60,274 bases of DNA from Schmidtea polychroa (GCA_044892525.1 CM097885.1:47927727-47988000), one strand, 5' to 3'. Numbered from the stretch's first letter, positions 11,818-25,716 are shown. The notes: generated by a model not told the origin, from the letters alone. A program made the numbers and translations.

Positions 11818-13499
11818 CGAGTTCATTTATTTGTGAATTTGTTTACTGAATATTGCTTGTTATTGTTTTCTTTAATATTTTCATTATTCTCGAATTCAGT
11901 AGAATGTTTTCAAGATTCCAGTCACCTATTCAAATAGATGAGCTTCTTGTTTTGGAGTTTAGAAAATTAGTATTTTTCAACATTTTATTTATATTTATTT
12001 ATTTAAGTTAGGTAAGTTGATCTAAAATTTCCTGCTTATTATTGCCTATCTCTCACTTGACCAAAAAAAATGTAAGAATCAAAACATTTTTAATTATAAT
12101 TTTTGGAATTTTCGATAAATTTTAAAAATAATATATCTAACTGGGTGATTTTCTATTAAAATTTAAAATTTAAAATGTAAACCGATCTAGACTTATATTT
12201 ACATAGAGCAGTAACAGGCACAAAATTGTGATTTTACTGACAGAAATCTTTCGGCGAATTATTTAAAATTATTGTTTTTGGTTTAAACCAAAGAAAAACC
12301 CATTTTTGATGAAAATCCACGAACGAACTATTTTAAATAAACTTAAATAATTGAAAACTTGGAATTTTGTTAAAAATATGAGAGCAATTAGTGCTTAAAT
12401 ATGTTTTGATGTCGATAACATCCAGCTTTCTTGAATTTCCAATATTTATAGACTTTTGAAATCAGAATAATCTTCACAGACTTTTGTTGTCAAATTATTT
12501 ATACAAAACCTTTGAGTAAAAAGATAAATTTCAGACTTACACTTTATCAGATAATTTTTGCCATATAGACAGATTTTATTTAAAATGTCATCTTTTAAAT
12601 TTTAAAACAGTGGTGAGTAACCAACATTATATCTTTTCACGCTATCTCCAACGTAACATAGAATTCAAATGCATTAACCACTCAATGCCCGTCTTCTAAC
12701 GTTGGAAGTGTATTGAGTGGGGAGGATGTCCGACAAAATGTGAGCTCATTCATGTAAACTATAATTGTCGGACACTTGGGTAGGTTCATGGACAGTCGTA
12801 GGAGATTTGTCTCCTATTTCGTCGTGGTCTCTTGTATTCATTTTATTGTGCTGGTCGTGTTGAGCGAAGACTAAAAAGCTCATGGTGTTTACCTAATGCG
12901 GGAATAAAACGCTGAAGAAAGACAGAAACTACAAAAATTATGTAAAAATTAGAACCAACAAGAATCAAAATAATAATAATTAAAACAAGGCAAAAATAAG
13001 AAAAAGAAAACAGAAAACATATACAAAACAGCAAAAACCAAAAATAAGATTATTTTAAAGAAATAGTCGAGAAAATTATATGAAAAAGAATTAAAAAGAA
13101 GTCCGATTAAAACTAACAAGTTAAGCAGAAAGAAAATAGGCATTCGATTAAAACAATTATTTAGAAAATTTGGACATAAACGAATTATTTAAAAAAATAA
13201 GAATAAAGTTGGAATTAAATGAATTGTTTAAAAATAAGAAAAGTTGACTGGTCCGATTAAAAGTACGATTAAAACGAACAATTTTATCTAATTTGATAAA
13301 AGAAATTTTAAAGTGACTTTATAAAATATTTATGAAAAATTAGAAATTTCAAGAATAAAAATTTCATTTACATTATAAGAAAAAATTTATAAAATGTTTT
13401 CGCAAAGATAAACTTTATTGTTTACTGTTTATTGTTATTGTTAGTCATTTACAATATAAGTAGTTATTTAATTATTTTGTCCAAAAGCCAGATATTGAT

Positions 13500-14190
13500 C
13501 CGACATGAAACTTTTAAGAACATGTAGGTGCTTAATAAGCAGCATCTACATTAGTTACAAAAAGTTTGTGATCGGGTGGCTCTTTAATGACCAAGTGAGC
13601 GCCCACTGAAGATCAACAGCAAAACTCTGTAGGAGTCCAGTGAGCAGATGGACACTTACAGAAGTTTAAATCCCTATATGACAAACGTTTGGATATAGCA
13701 TATGAACTCTGAAAAACTATACACTCTGAACTAAAAATTTCAAAACTTAAACTCACTCAACTCGAAAACACGGAAAATAAAACCAACTCTCTACAACTTA
13801 AATTTACTTTAAAAACCACAATAACTCGATAATTTTTGGCGAATATACTGATTTTGCTCTAAAATTAAATATTTTAATTTTTCTCTGCATCGACGCATCG
13901 ATGGAATATTTTGCAAAAAAGTTATGGAAAGTAACAACAATGCGCTTACTGCTAAAAATTTATTAGATACGAGGTGGCCCGCTGGAACGGATGTTATACT
14001 AGTTTAAAAAAAATTATATAAAAATAAAAGAAGCGTTAGAATTTATATCAAAATCTAAATCTTAAAAAATTGTTTTGTAGAAGCTGCTTCTTTAGCCAAA
14101 AAATTAAAACAATACGATACTGCTTTAATGACAGTTCTTTGGAACTCCGGGTTACAAAGATTAAATGCAACAAGCAAATCTCATCAAGTT
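13500..14190 (+). pseudogene. Degraded hAT transposase fragment
   Basis: Remnants FFSASTHRWNIL, LLDTRW and LNATSKS, broken by stops and frameshifts. Confidence 0.6.
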
Positions 14191-16640
14191 CTAGAAAGTC
14201 GCCGCATGACTATTTCAAAGCGACAAAGCACCCATGGTTGCAACCATGTCGGAAGTGTGGTAAGTTGGCAAAAGCTACAGAGCAGGTGAGTCCTCTACAG
14301 ACCTTCTCGACGGGTTCGTGACTGCCAATAGGAGGTCTTACGTCGATGCTTGTCACTTAAAAAAAAGACCTGGTCCTTTAAATTTCGATAGGACCGATTT
14401 CTAGAAGATGGTGCGTGACTGATGACACTCAAGGTAAAATCGGCGGTGATATAATTATTAGACTTTTAAACATATGCTAACAAATGAAGTAAAGTAAACA
14501 GGACAAAAATTTATTAATAAGGTAATCACATCCAGTAAATTAGCAAATCAGTGTTTGAATAGTAAAGGGAATCATCCCCAGAAAATTTCGTCCTCAGCAT
14601 CCGCTAAGAGTTCATCTAGGTTGAACTCGTCGTCTGGGTTTAGTGTTCAAGGAAGACCTCCGGCGGAAAAATGTTGGTGGCCAAAATACCTATTTAGACC
14701 GCTTGTTTGGTTCGCTTGCGTTGGTTTCCCTCCGAGCGCAAAGTTTTTTTTTTGGTTTGGACACGGAAGTAATTTATTTATTAACAATAAATTTTCAATT
14801 TCAGGTACGTTTGGTGGGAATGGCCGATTTTAACTTTTGAGGGATTGTCATACGACTCCTTGCTGGTACTTTTGTTTTATAGTTTATACCCAATACACAT
14901 TTACATTCCTAGGTATAATACAAATTTAGAGGTAGTGTATGCTTATAAATTATATTTGGAGTTTAATATGAAATTATATTTTATATTTTAAGCATATGAT
15001 GCATTTAAAATTAGATATTATGTTTTGTGATTTAGACACATTAGACATCTATGAATTATATATTTAAGTATAACATAAAATCATATTTTATAAATTAGGC
15101 ATATTAGACATTTATAAATTATATATTTAAGTATAATATAAAATTATATTCTATAATTTAGGCATATTAGACATTTATAAATTATATATTTAGGCATAAT
15201 ATAAGATTATATTTTATAAATTAGGCATATTAGACATTTATAAATTATATATTTAGGCATAATATAAGATTATATTTTATAAATTAGGCATATTAGACAT
15301 TTATAAATTATATATTTAGGCATGATATAAGATTATATTTTATAAATTAGGCATATTAGACATTTATAAATTATATATTTAGGCATGATATAAGATTATA
15401 TTTTATAAATTAGGCATATTAGGCATTTATAAATTATATATTTAGGCATAATATAAAATTATATTTTATAAATTAGGCTTATTAGACATTTATAGATTAT
15501 AAATCAAGTTCTATTTTCTCATTTAGTACTATTACCCAATCATACATTATATTTTTAAGTATAATTTAAAGATGTATTTTATAATTTAATATTTGTAGAT
15601 TATATTTTTAAGTACAATTTTTTAAGTTATTTTCCTAATTTACGAATATTTCGCAATTATAAATTATATTTTTAAGCACAATACGAAGTTATATTTTATA
15701 ATTTAAGGACAATACATATTTACAAATTATATCTCTGAGTATAATTTTAGGTTATATTTTATAATTCAGGAATACTACATGTTTATAGTTTTTATTTTTA
15801 AGGGCAATATCAAGTTATATGTTACCATTGAGGAACGCTATCTATTTAGAAATCATATAATATAAAATTCTATTTTGTAAATTAAGATTATTATACATTT
15901 AGAGATCATGTGTTATTCAAAATTATATTTTATAGTTCGGCATATTGTACATCTACGGATTAATAATTTAATGGTAATATGAGGTTACGTTTCACAATTT
16001 ACTAACATGAGGCCTTCATGAGCTATTCATTCCAGATTATATTCTACGATATAATTAATTGAGTCTTTTCATTTTATTATTTACGCTTGTCGAACTTCTT
16101 TATGAGGATTAATGCTTTTAATTCTGAGAAAGATCTTTACAATGACATGAAAATTCTATGTATCAATGAGGTTCGACAAACGTTTAGGTATAACTGAGTT
16201 CCTTAATGATGTCCAACCGACTGCATTACTAAATTGTAAGATGATGTTTAGTTAAGTCTGAGCTCTACTCAATTATGACCTTAGTGTAAAACTATTGTAT
16301 AAGATTTTTAATGTTGAGTTTAATTGTGTTCTGCATTCGAACTCGGGAAGAATGCTTGCTTACACGGCCCCACTGTGACCGCTACGACAAGCCCTACTGT
16401 AATATTGAGTCGAAACATCACTGTCGACCGATAAATAAATAGTTGGAGCCATAGCGGAGGGGTTTTATCGACACAACTCCATGGCAGAACCATGAAGTGG
16501 CCGACCTCCGATGACCGAACAAAAAAAAAATATATAAAGGATAGTGCATGTCTGCATGTTTCATTTTAGAAAAATTCATTACCATCAAATGTAGGACTAA
16601 ATAGAGACGCACTAAGACGCCGCTGATCAGTCGTATTTAA
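14190..16640. mobile_element. Unclassified insertion X2, related to X1, with a central 63-bp satellite
   Basis: GC-richer ends. TGACTGCCAATAGGAGGTCTTACGTC (14319-14344) matches 5350-5375 at 24/26. Minus-strand ORF remnant ends DEFNLDELLADAEDEIFWG* (stop at 14572). Palindrome CATGGTTGCAACCATG near 14233. Boundaries approximate. Confidence 0.55.
14930..15960. repeat. 63-bp tandem repeat, homogeneous at ~15100-15490 and degenerate at the flanks
   Basis: Unit ATTATATATTTAGGCATAATATAAGATTATATTTTATAAATTAGGCATATTAGACATTTATAA recurs every 63 bp. Confidence 0.9.
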
Positions 16641-16816
16641 GAAAAAATAAAAAAAAATAGGTCTTAAGGATATTCTAATTAAAAATGATTTACATTAAAA
16701 TAATTACATAAGTGGTTAATCATAGATAAAACATATATCAATCAAAAAAAAATATCTACTATTAATTTTTTGGCAAAATTTTCGTCAACAAAAAATTGGC
16801 ATAAAGAGTGATTGAT

Positions 16817-17449
16817 TGTGACTGAAACGTGTCAGTATATATACCTATTTTGTACACGTGTATGTATTGATGCATTAAAACAAACTCGAATTCTTTTTAT
16901 TTCAGAATTTTCTATTTTGCGATTTTGATATTTATAATGGCAATTTTTGTGCCATAATTTTTGTTTTTATTTTTAAATTTTTAATTATTTTTCATTAATT
17001 TTACGTCCATGATGGATTTGGAACGGTTCCAGAACATTCTATATTACTTTTAATTTAATTTTTATTTTAATTGATGTTTTATGAATTTCTTTTTAAGATT
17101 TTTTATTTTTATTACTAATTTATTTATTTTTTCCTAAATTTTATTGTTTAAGGTAGCTTTTATGATGGTCATCGCCATTTTTTGGAATGTTCTGGGTTTT
17201 TCTGGAATTTTTTACTGTTTTTACCATCTTTTAAGTTATTCGAGTTTGTTTTTTGTAACTCTATGTTTATTTGGTTATTTTTGAGTTAGATTTTGCATAA
17301 CTTCTTGCTTTTGTATAATTTTATTTAATTTCTGTGTTTATTTTTTGTTGCTTTCTCCTTTAATTACCATTGTTTATTTGGTGTAGTTTTTAATATTTAG
17401 CTATACTTTTTGCTTTTTGCATGCTGTGTACTTACACATTTCAGTCACA
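16817..17449. mobile_element. TG...CA element with ~22-bp terminal inverted repeats (solo LTR or MITE)
   Basis: TGTGACTGAAACGTGTCAGTAT versus the reverse complement of the right end, TGTGACTGAAATGTGTAAGTAC. No clear TSD. Confidence 0.6.
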
Positions 17450-17682
17450 ATTAGAAATTTGGGTCTAGAAGTCAGTTCTAGCCCAACATAATTATGAGAT
17501 CATTATTCAAGCTCTTAAATATTACTTGTAATCAGCATTTATAATATATTGATAATTAAATTTCAGGTGCTTTTTTAGGTATTTTATGATATGTTATGAA
17601 TTTGGAATTATTTCAATAAAATGTAAGTTATATATATTTTGAACTAAAAAGAAATAAAATAATCACCAAACACATTTATTTT

Positions 17683-18154
17683 TTAAGAAATAATGGTTCC
17701 AATCGATTCTTTGGAGATTCCCAGTAATCTTCCAAAATCTTTATAATTTTCTCCATTTTCATATGCATTGATGAGACGGATTTTGTCATTTTCTGAAATT
17801 CTTTGAAAATATTTTTTTAAAATAAGTTATTAAAATTTACGATTTTCGAATTTTTTTCTTCAATTCCAAAGATGTCGATTGAACTTGTTGAATATCTTCA
17901 CACAAAGGCGTTTGACTAGAAATATCTGATATGCTGTAAATATTTTAATTATTTGTAATTAAATAAAAAAATTCTTACATTGTCAGATCTTCACCTTCGC
18001 AAAATGGAAATGTCTCCAAAGAAATATCTGAAAATCTAAAGAAATATTAACTTCAAAAATATTTTATAAATAGATCTTACTATGTTTTGTCGTCCTTTTC
18101 TCGAAAACTCAAAGTTGAGTTGTCAGATTCAAAATCCAAATTTTTTTCAGCCAT
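17683..18154 (-). pseudogene. Small 4-exon gene with a C-terminal helix-turn-helix; stop codon created at the first exon junction
   Basis: Exons 18154-18081, 18035-17979, 17933-17841 and 17800-17683; introns of 45, 45 and 40 nt, all phase 2 GT-AG. C-terminus ISENDKIRLINAYENGENYKDFGRLLGISKESIGTIIS*; AATAAA directly after the stop. Junction 1 gives TA|A. Confidence 0.6.
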
Positions 18155-18182
18155 GAATTTTAATAATTTTAAATTAATGATA

Positions 18183-19020
18183 TGTTAACAGTATGTTAAT
18201 GACTCTCTACTTTCGGAATAAAAAAGCTATATTAAATTTGTGTGTATTTTATATTATGTGTGCTGTGTTTGTATGTAAAATTATTTTTCTGTCACTTTCT
18301 CAATTCCTATAATAAAACTTTTAACATTCGGAACATTAAATTTTTGCACACAAGTAAGTTTGTGTGTTGCTATAATATAATTTTATCGATTTTTTTTTAG
18401 ATTATAGAAACTTTTATATTGTGGATTTAGGTGTATAATAAAACTTTTAACATTCGGAACATTAAATTTTTGCACACAGGTAAGTTTGTGTGTTGCTATA
18501 ATATAATTTTATCGATTTTTTTTTTAGATTATAGAAACTCTTATATTGTGTATTTAGGTGTATAGTTTTTTTGTAAATTAATTTGACCAATCAGGATTGA
18601 TCTAGTGTGTTTTTGATAAGATTAAATGATCGTTTTAAACTTTTAAATTCAAATTATTCCGATTGGTCTATTTATTTAGGTCTATCTATTTATTTGTTTT
18701 AATTTATTATTTGGGTGATTTTTTCTGCAGTTGTGTGTCTTTATTCGGCGATTTATTCTTTGTTTTAATGCTTTTTATAATATGTTTCGAGTGCAACCGC
18801 TTGCGTCTTCCGATTTTACTTATTTTATTCTATTTATTTTTCTCTTATTATATTTTACTTTTGTTTAATTTAATGTTTTTTAATGATTTTAAATATTCTT
18901 TATGTGGTTTATATGTTATATGGGTCGTCTCAGTCGACCATTTACCTATTTTTAGTTAATTAAAACAAGAAAGAAAACTATAAATTAAGAGAAATTTTTT
19001 ATTTGGATTTTAGCCCAACA
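18183..19020 (-). mobile_element. LTR-like element with an internal ~127-bp direct duplication (18310-18563)
   Basis: Minus strand starts TGTTGGGCT and has an A-rich U3-like region, with GAGTCA near its 3' end as in the other LTRs here. No TSD confirmed. Confidence 0.5.
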
Positions 19021-19263
19021 TAATGCAGGATTTATTGCACCGACTCGTGCAAAAAAAGAAAAGCATTTTTGACGAAAACAATAGTCAAAGAGATGTCTCG
19101 ATTTCACCAAGAGAAAAATTTATTTTTAATACATTTTATGTAATTTACGACTCCTTAATTTCGGAGATTTCAAGAAGAATCCAAATTTACAAAGATTTAT
19201 TGCAAAATTTCACTATAATTTTTGAACGAAACCTAAATCCAGATTTAAAAAACTAGTATATTG

Positions 19264-19308
<45 letters not shown>

Positions 19309-19311
<3 letters not shown>

Positions 19312-19839
19312 TGGCGTACGGTGGATGTTAATATTGGGTGTGCTTAAAAAAAAACATACATTTTTCCATTTTTATTTAGGTAAAATAAACATCAAACCTA
19401 ATTTAAAATATTATTATATAAAAATATCAGATTTCAAATAAACATAAAACTATAATTATTTATATATAAAATTTTACTATATAATTTTTTTATATATAAT
19501 TTTACTACTGAGCGCTGCCAGCGGACAGATCGACTTGAGCAGTTAAATCTCGGAACAATTTACATGAGTCACCGTCCGCGCGCACAGTTGAAGAGCCACA
19601 AGCGTTGTTATATAGCCGTTGCTCGCGCGCAAACGTTCCGAGCGACTGACAAATATCAATGCACACTATTCACGCGCTCACAAATACAAGCGCTTACAAA
19701 TACTACTGTATGGCATATAGTGTATGCAAAACAATATGGTCGCTTTATGCCCTAAATTTTCTAAATTTCTAAATTTATATTTTAGATGGTTTTGCGGGTG
19801 TGCGCCGCACACCTAGCACACCCTGAATATACGCCCCTG
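19309..19839. mobile_element. hAT-type MITE inserted in (TA)n
   Basis: TIRs CAGTGGCGTA / TACGCCCCTG, flanked by TA microsatellite on both sides. Confidence 0.8.
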
Positions 19840-19864
19840 ATATATATATATATATATATATATA

Positions 19865-22800
19865 TTAGTGTGGCCCAAAAAATTGAAAGTTAAAAACTAA
19901 CAACTCTCACCCTTCCAAGTTGTTCCAATTGCTATAAAAATAATTAGTGCAAAATATTTCTGCAATTTGACAATATTTAAAGGTGGCCCACTGGTGATGA
20001 AGTTTTGACATGGTGTTTCTTTTGCCGGTAATTCAGGGCGAGTTATTGGTTTGTTATATAGCAGTGACTGAGAGAGTATGGATGATTAACCTATTTAAGT
20101 GTTACTTATTTATTGGTATTTTATTGAATTTATTAGACATTCTTTGCTAATTCTCTTCTGTTTATGTTTATATTTGTTTTTCATTTTTGAGACAAAAAGT
20201 CAGCTATTACTCACCAGTCGAGATGTAATTATGCAATCTTTGTTCTCTTCATGTATTAATAGTCAGTATTTTACTTTGCTGAATTACATGCAAAAACACA
20301 TCGTTGTTGAATGCATTTTACAATGTTAAATGTACTCTTGTACTATACAGCAAATTTAAAATTTTTCAGTTGTTCATTCAATTATGCCTAGTGTTTTGCT
20401 TAACCTAATCGTCTCCACTCTCCATGTTATTGTGTTTCAGATTTAACAGAATGGAAACAAGATCTAATGATAATGTTTACTTGATTAAATCATATGTTCC
20501 TGAAATTCTTGGTGCAAAGCTGCCATCGTATTATCAGACATTTGGGTACTTTCTACACCTACATAAAGTAGAAAAAATGACTCTTCGCGAAGCCAGTAAA
20601 CTGACAATCAACGTGATAATGGAGTTCTGGAAAAAAGCAAGCATTCCAACAAGAGCAGAACAGCACTGCATTCAGAAGCTTGAATCAGTCTTTTATGAAT
20701 GGAAGGGTCTCCAAAAACACAAGTCGAGGTCTGGTGAAGCTCACAAAAAACAGGAGCATGAATTTGTTTCTCATCTTGAAGATCTGTTCGACATAGCCCA
20801 TCAGGATGCACTAGCTATCATTAGCAACCCAGAAGACAGGGCATTCCTGTTACGCCAGAGAGAAAAAGGGCGTCCAGGATCCATTGGTGTCCGGGATAAA
20901 GTTACTGAACGTAAAGCTAGAGCAGCTGGTGAACGCAAACAAGCTGAAGCAAGGCGGCAGCAAAGGTCAGTAGATGAAATGAATATCAGTGCTTGTTTGA
21001 CAACTCTCGAATCATCATCTGGTGAAGACAGTGACCATGACCAAGAGCAGATTGTCTTGTGTGATGATGAATATAAACCTGTTGCATCCTCATCAACAGA
21101 TCCTGCTGACTGTATCACAAAGCCAGTGCCAAAGAAAGCTAAGACTGATGTATTGACTCCTGGGCTAATGGCAGCTCTGGACAGAACACAGACATCCTCC
21201 AGAAATGCTGTTTATGTGTTGTGTGAAACAGCATCCAGCCTTGGTCACAATGTTGATTCCCTCAACATCAGCAGGAACTCAATCCACCGAGCCAGGTGTA
21301 AAGCTAGAACAATTGCAGCATCACAGCTGAAATCAGAATTTCTATCTGTAAACCATCTTTTGACACAACAAGTTCAAACACTGGTGATAAGCAAGGTGCT
21401 TGTGTCTTAATTCAACAGATGTTGGCCAAAGATCTCCTATACTTGGCCTGTCGTCATCACATCATGGAACTTATTGTCGGTGCAGCATTTGACCAAATGC
21501 TACGAGGTTCATCAAGCCCTGACATATCAATCTTCAAAAGATTCAAGGAGCACTGGAAATTCATAGATCGTGACATCTACCAGCTGGCAGAAACGGATCC
21601 ATTCATCGACAATCTCATTGCTAATAGTCGAAATGAATTATTGGAATTTGCTCGCATGCAACTTGAAGTGCAGCAGCCACGAGATGATTACCGGGAGTTC
21701 CTGGAACTGTCTATGATTTACCTTGGCCAGGCTCCTTCCAGGGGGATTCACTTTCAGTCTCCAGGTGCAATGCATCGAGCAAGGTGGTTGGCTAAAGTGC
21801 TGTACAGTATCAAGATGTGGCTTTTCAGAGCACAATTCAAGATGACACAGAGTGAGCTGAAGGGAATCACTGCTGTTGCTGCATTTGGTGTGCTTGTCTA
21901 TCTCAGAGTATGGATAACAGCACCTCTGGCAATAATGCACCATTGAATGATTTCCTGTTGATGAGACAGCTCCTTGAATACCCCGATGTAAACATTTCAT
22001 CTGTAACCAGCAAAAAGCTGGGACTGCATCTGTGGTATATTTCAGAAGAGCTGGTAACACTCGCTCTGTTTGACTCCAGAGTTCCAGCTGAAACCAAGAA
22101 GCTGATGCTTGCAGCCATGGAGAATGCTGCACCTGAGCATCCACCTAAACGTCCCAGAGTGGAAACATCAGCCTTCACAAACAGCAAGGGTCTCGAACAG
22201 TTCTGCACAGCCAATTCAATGACCATGTTTCGTCTTCTGCAGTTACAGACGTCATTTATGTCAAAAGATCCATCAGAATGGGATGAGGATGAAACATACC
22301 AATGTGCACTGAGAACTGTTAAAGGATTGGCTGTTGTGAATGACAGAGCTGAGAGAGGGGTAGCCCTCATTCAGGACTACAATAAAAAGCTAACCAAGGA
22401 TGAGGAACAGCTTCAATTCATGTTGCATGTCGTTAGCGAACATCGCCGGCTGTTTCCAGACTGCAGCAAATTCGGTCTCATGATGGTCATGTCATCTACG
22501 CCAACGACACCTTAACTATCAAACTCGGACTGATCTTAATTAGTAGTTACGACTAAAACTGTGTTCAATCACCATGTTTTCAGTTTCCATGTTCCATGCA
22601 CTGTTGTTATTTTACCCTAATGTGTACTGACTGTGTGACTGATAGTAATGTTCGACTTTTGAGTTTGTCGACTTTGACTGGCTAGTGACTATAGGCCCAG
22701 TGATAAACTAAACTAGTAAACTGCTTCGGTTGTTAGGTGTGTTTATTGTCAAATATGTTTCTGTTTTCACTACATTTAATGTTGTAATAAAAATGAGATA

Positions 22801-23030
22801 ATTTTGCTGCTCATAATTTCGTCAAACACAGTACAAGTAGCAAAAACGTATAAAAACCACTTTAAAATATTTGTACTTCAAACTTCTAGATTGTTGGGCC
22901 ACCTCTAAATGTCGAGAAATTTCAGAAAATATTTCACAGAAAATTTTCTTTTCAACATTGGAACAAGTTGGAAGGGTGAGAAGGTGAAGTTTAAAACTTT
23001 TTTTTTGCTATACTGCATGGGCCACCCTAA
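19865..23030 (+). mobile_element. hATm-type DNA transposon with internal deletion
   Basis: Termini TTAGTGTGGCCCA / TGGGCCACCCTAA, subterminal inverted CTCACCCTTCCAA..TTGTTCCAAT, inserted in (TA)n. Confidence 0.8.
20451..22515 (+). pseudogene. hATm transposase (frameshifted, part of the catalytic core deleted)
   Basis: Motifs FWKKASIP, LFDIAHQDA, FDTTSSNTG (out of frame at ~21359), LACRHHIMEL, PGAMHRARWLAK, HLWYISEE and VVNDRAERGV across three ORFs. Confidence 0.85.
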
Positions 23031-23519
23031 TATATATATGTATCTATAAATGATATTGATCCTCATATTTTTAAAGATGAAGTACTACATTTTTAAAATT
23101 TTATTGACGAAAATCATTCTGATAATGACAAAATATCCGCCAATATGTTGTATAAAATTAATGTACAATTAAAACCAACATTTCCTAATGTTGAGACAAT
23201 CCTAAGAATTTTTAAACTATGCCATTTCCCAAAACTTCTGGGAAAAGAAAATTATCCGTTTTGAAACGGGTCAAAAATTACCTAAGAAACTCAATGAAGG
23301 AAGAAAAATTAATTTATTTCATTACTTTATATAGAATATGAGCAATATTGATTGTGATATGATAATAGATAGTTTTGCACAAGCTAAATCAAGAAAAAGC
23401 ATATATATAAATACAGTAATTCTGTGTTCCTTTTAATTTTCATTATTTTTTGATAGAAATAATATTGAAATGAAATTGTTTTTGTTTAAGTTTTTTCATT
23501 AAATTTTAATTAAAATTGT

Positions 23520-24300
23520 ATTTTTAATACATAATAAAAATTAATCAAGAATATACCGAAAGATGAAGATGAAGATTTACCAAATTCGGTAAACCAGTTT
23601 AGATTGTTTCGGATAGGGGTAAGATTTTCGAGGGAAGTCAAATCAAAGGGCCAGTTGATAATTTTAACATCAAATGGATATTTAGTTCGCCATATGATCA
23701 TAAGTCTAATGGTTTAGCAGAACGGGTAATACGAACAGTTCGTGATATGATCGTGACATTTTTGAGTGATGGTCAAACTGGAGGGTGCTGGGACGACATT
23801 ATACCAAAAATTGAATATTCCCTAAACTCAACAACACAGAATTCTACGGGATTTTCGCCAATGGAAATACTATTTGGAAGAAAGGAATTCATTCATAGAT
23901 CTTAATCGAGAACAAGTATTATTGACAGCACAGAATAATATTATGGTAGCTGGAGATAAAATGAGGTCAAGAGATGCAGATAAGAAAAGTCATCGGCATT
24001 TGGAGGTGGGTCAAAGAGTTCTAGTAAAGATGGATTCACATAAGAGATCAAAACATGGTAATTTGTTCGAAGGTCCTGTAAAGATTCTTGGTTTTCCAAC
24101 GGAACACCAAGTTGAACTAAAATATCCAGATGGAAAAAAATGCAGAAGAATTGAATGGCTGAAAGAGTATCACAGTTCTTAAAGAAGGGGAGAGTGACGA
24201 TATTTAAATTGATATATTGTTTAAATATTCATATTTTATAATAAATATATATTTGAAAATAACGTGCTAGTTTAATGACTTTTAATGAAAATGTTACTAT
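23520..24300 (+). mobile_element. Ty3/gypsy 3' fragment: integrase remnant, polypurine tract, start of LTR
   Basis: SPYDHKSNGLAERVIRTVRDMI, LNSTTQNSTGFSPMEILFG and LFEGPVKI. PPT AAAGAAGGGGAGAG at 24181-24194, followed by TG. Confidence 0.8.
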
Positions 24301-25057
24301 ATTAATAAATATTTTTCAACTCAACCTCCCCCCCCCCCTTCATAAATTCCTGGCTACGCCACTGGCAGACGTTAAATTGAATTTAAATTTCGTGAGTTTT
24401 TTCTACTTCATTTTATGATTAAAATATTGTATTTGTTCGTACTAGTAACATTTGTTTAATTGTTGAGGTGATTTATTTTCTAAATACTACTTGTTATTTT
24501 TTAATTAATTGATTTTAAATAAAATACTTTAAATATATATTATTTATTCTTGTATACATTTAAAAAAATGTATTCAAAAAAAATAAATTTTAAGAAAGAA
24601 TAAAATGAAAGATTTACACATATCTATATAGTTTGATAAGACATTGTCTCATTAATAATAAATAATTATACCGAATATACACCGAATAATATAAAAACTA
24701 AAGATATAAATAAGAACATATGATTAGTTAGATATTTACAGGAATCGTCAAATGTACAAAGTAAAGATACGATCAAATAGGGTATTGTCGGGTTGTTTGA
24801 TGTTGCATTGGGATTTGAATTGAATTTATCATTTCCTGTTCTTCGCTGAAATGTTAACTCGGTATTTATTCGCTATGTCCTGTAGTATTTTAACAGAGTG
24901 AATGGTTCTATAATTTGACCTTCGCCATCCACAACTAGTTGTCAAATTTTTTTATGTCAACAGACTCGGTAAATAATCATCTGCAAGATCCTATTTAATT
25001 TATTAATTTTATTTAATCAATATTTTAAAATTATTATTTGAGCTATAGTAGTAAGAA

Positions 25058-25716
25058 TAGGGTTTACAATCCCGGGATTCAGTTATTTCTCATGTCATTC
25101 CAATCCCGGTATTTAAAACGTTTAATCCCGGGATCGAATTTAATATTGTTTAATTAAAATAATATACATTATTTAGTTTGAAATAAATAATTATATTTCG
25201 TTATTTTATATAGGATTTAATAAACAAGCTTTAACAATATAATTTAAATATATTGTTAATCATTGAATAATCAAAGACATTTATTATACGGAAAATCACC
25301 CTACACCTCATCTCAATTTATATAAAGGCTTGGTTTCATTGAAATTTTAAGTGGGGTTGTTTTATTTAACACTTCCATGGTTTTTTGCCTCGATTTTTAT
25401 TTTTACCAAGTAATTTACCAAGAATTTTTTAATTTCATTTTACGTAATTTTTAGCATTTTAAATTCTATATCAGCCCTCCATGTCAAAAGCCTGGCAATA
25501 CTTTGTCAAAGAAAACAGGGACGAAGCAAAATGCAAGAAGTGCTTCAAAAAAGTGGATCCACCAAAGGCCTCTTAACTCATCTTAGAACCATTCACCAAA
25601 TTGACTTGAAAACGAACTTAGGCACACATTCTCAATGCGAGGTTTCGGAGGAGCCCGACTGCAAGAAGCGAAAACTATCAGTAATCACTGAATATTTTTC
25701 AGTTTCCAAGCCGTAG
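25058..25716 (+). mobile_element. 5' fragment of a hAT element with BED finger
   Basis: TAGGG terminus with ATCCCGGGAT subterminal motifs; MSKAWQYFVKENRDEAKCKKC...GSTKGLLTHLRTIH starting at 25481. Confidence 0.7.

Larger units (their letters stand above)
19021..23400 (+). pseudogene. hAT transposase fossil split by nested insertions (pieces 19021-19256 and 23040-23400)
   Basis: FIFNTFYVIYDSLISEISRR, then after the insertions FPNVETILRIF...SVLKRVKNYLRNSM. A hAT-type end GGCTACGCCACTG lies at ~24352-24364. Confidence 0.65.

Noticed and set aside
14930..15960. 63-bp repeat read as a 21-aa LRR-like coding repeat on the minus strand (MSNMPNL.NIILYYA.IYNL)
   Set aside because: Three TAA stops recur in every unit and degenerate units drift out of frame. 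Neighbouring genes use TAA as stop, so recoding is not supported.
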